The translations under genes were made by a program, and so were the position numbers. Under the pieces are notes generated by a model. The model was not told the origin of the DNA. It did no database searches and worked only from the letters and a program-made list of their open reading frames with translations. A DNA stretch of 64,000 nucleotides, from positions 310,001-374,000 of the forward strand of contig OX597824.1 of NCBI GenBank assembly GCA_951406725.2, in the 5' to 3' direction. Shown in pieces: positions 62,645-64,000 of the stretch (the first letter of the stretch is position 1; every line of letters starts with the position of its first letter). The stretch is from Octopus vulgaris (taxonomy: Eukaryota).

Positions 62645-62947
62645 CAGTGCTTCTCAAACAATTTGATGTGGCCTACCGGCACTTCTATTTTCCCCAATGT
62701 GCCAGGGACCAGTAATATTTCTTAGTAACATTAATTTATACCGGAAACAATATATATAATGAATATAATAGAAGTTGACAATATTTTTGTATATTGTATT
62801 TATTTTGTAAACAAATAATACAATATTACATAAGCATTTCATAAACATTTTATAATGTTTCTTTCTTTTCTGGAAACTCGCCGTGTACCAGCAGCTGATG
62901 GCTCGCGGCCGGCGCCGGTCCGTGGACCACCGCTTCGAGTAGCACTG
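62645..62947. mobile_element. hAT MITE with NTCTAGAN-type target
   Basis: TIRs CAGTGCTTCTCAAA / TTCGAGTAGCACTG; flanks TTCTAGAG and GTCTAGAT; 13-bp tandem duplication at the right end. Confidence 0.8.
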
Positions 62948-63183
62948 GTCTAGATCACTGGTCTAGATCAGCTTGCCCGCTTCAACGCTTGAACTAAACA
63001 GCAAATATAATAAAAAAGAATGGTGCTAAAACATATTCAAATACATAATTATTAAGAGTAATCTTAAATAATATTACATGAATATGAAAAATTGCAGCTT
63101 CGTGATGTTGTGGGGTATTGAAGCATATGTGACGATGAATAATTAAAGCCCATAGATTGCCATCCTTGTATTATTATTATTGT

Positions 63184-63503
63184 CATACATACATACATAC
63201 ATACATACATACATACATACATACATACATACATACATCCATACATACATACATACATACATACATACACACATACATCCATACATACATACATACATAC
63301 ATACATACATACATACATACATACATACATACATACATACATACATACATACATACATACATACATACACACATACATACATACATACATACATACATAC
63401 ACACATACATACATACATACATACATACATACATACATACATACATACATACATACATACACACATACATACATACATACATACATACATACATACATAC
63501 ATG

Positions 63504-63548
<45 letters not shown>
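63184..63548. repeat. (TACA)n/(TA)n array
   Basis: Seen directly. Confidence 0.97.
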
Positions 63549-63551
<3 letters not shown>

Positions 63552-63935
63552 TATATTTTTTTTTATTAATATTATTATATATATATATATTTATTTTGCA
63601 AGATTTTTGATGTGAAATCGTGTATGGAAACAGATATTGTTGCATTTAGGAATGGTCATTTTGCCAGTTTAGCCAATAAAAACACACGCACTATATATTT
63701 GGTGTTACTTTGCTTCAGCGTTATTTATTTTTTACATTAATATTAATCTTATTTCGGCCACCAGATACAAATATTACAGGCACTTCCATCACCACCACCC
63801 CCCACACACACTAACTAAACATAGACACACATAGAGGTATACGCATGCACAAATGAAGACACATAAAATAGGAATACAAAATGGCTGACCGTTAGTAAGG
63901 AGAAACACACGAATACGAAAGAAGAAAGCAAAGGA

Positions 63936-63975
63936 CCACTGATGAGGTCACAGAGGTGTGACGAAAGAACTCTGG
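63936..63975 (+). ncRNA. Type I hammerhead ribozyme with one extra nucleotide after A9
   Basis: cca-CUGAUGA-g-gucaca(gagg)ugugac-GAAA-gaac-UC-ugg. Confidence 0.75.
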
Positions 63976-64000
63976 CTGAAATAAGATTAAGATTCAATAA

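Overview
AT-rich, microsatellite-dense animal DNA with no recognisable host exon; the repeat repertoire suggests an octopus or other cephalopod (inference). There is one 100-N gap (7454-7553). Most long ORF-track entries are translated (TA)n, (CA)n or (TACA)n and are not genes. Real content: a 5.9-21.7 kb pile-up of CR1/L2-group APE-RT LINEs inside TA arrays, including one copy with an intact ORF2 and a CCCH-finger ORF1 tail; a Dong/R4 element in (TAA)n; many Penelope-like element (PLE) fragments; mariner, Tc1, hAT, Helitron and piggyBac-like remnants; and tRNA-type SINEs. The main hidden signal is about 15 type I hammerhead ribozyme motifs in PLE-type termini, mostly beside TA arrays. They include a recurring U3-A8 core (UUGANAA...GAAACCGGUA) and two families with a pyrimidine at the normally invariant A6. 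One ~490-bp unit occurs as an inverted, circularly permuted pair. A two-hairpin + GAAAC 3' motif with compensatory changes is shared by the LINE families and a SINE. All structures were read by eye and none is tested.
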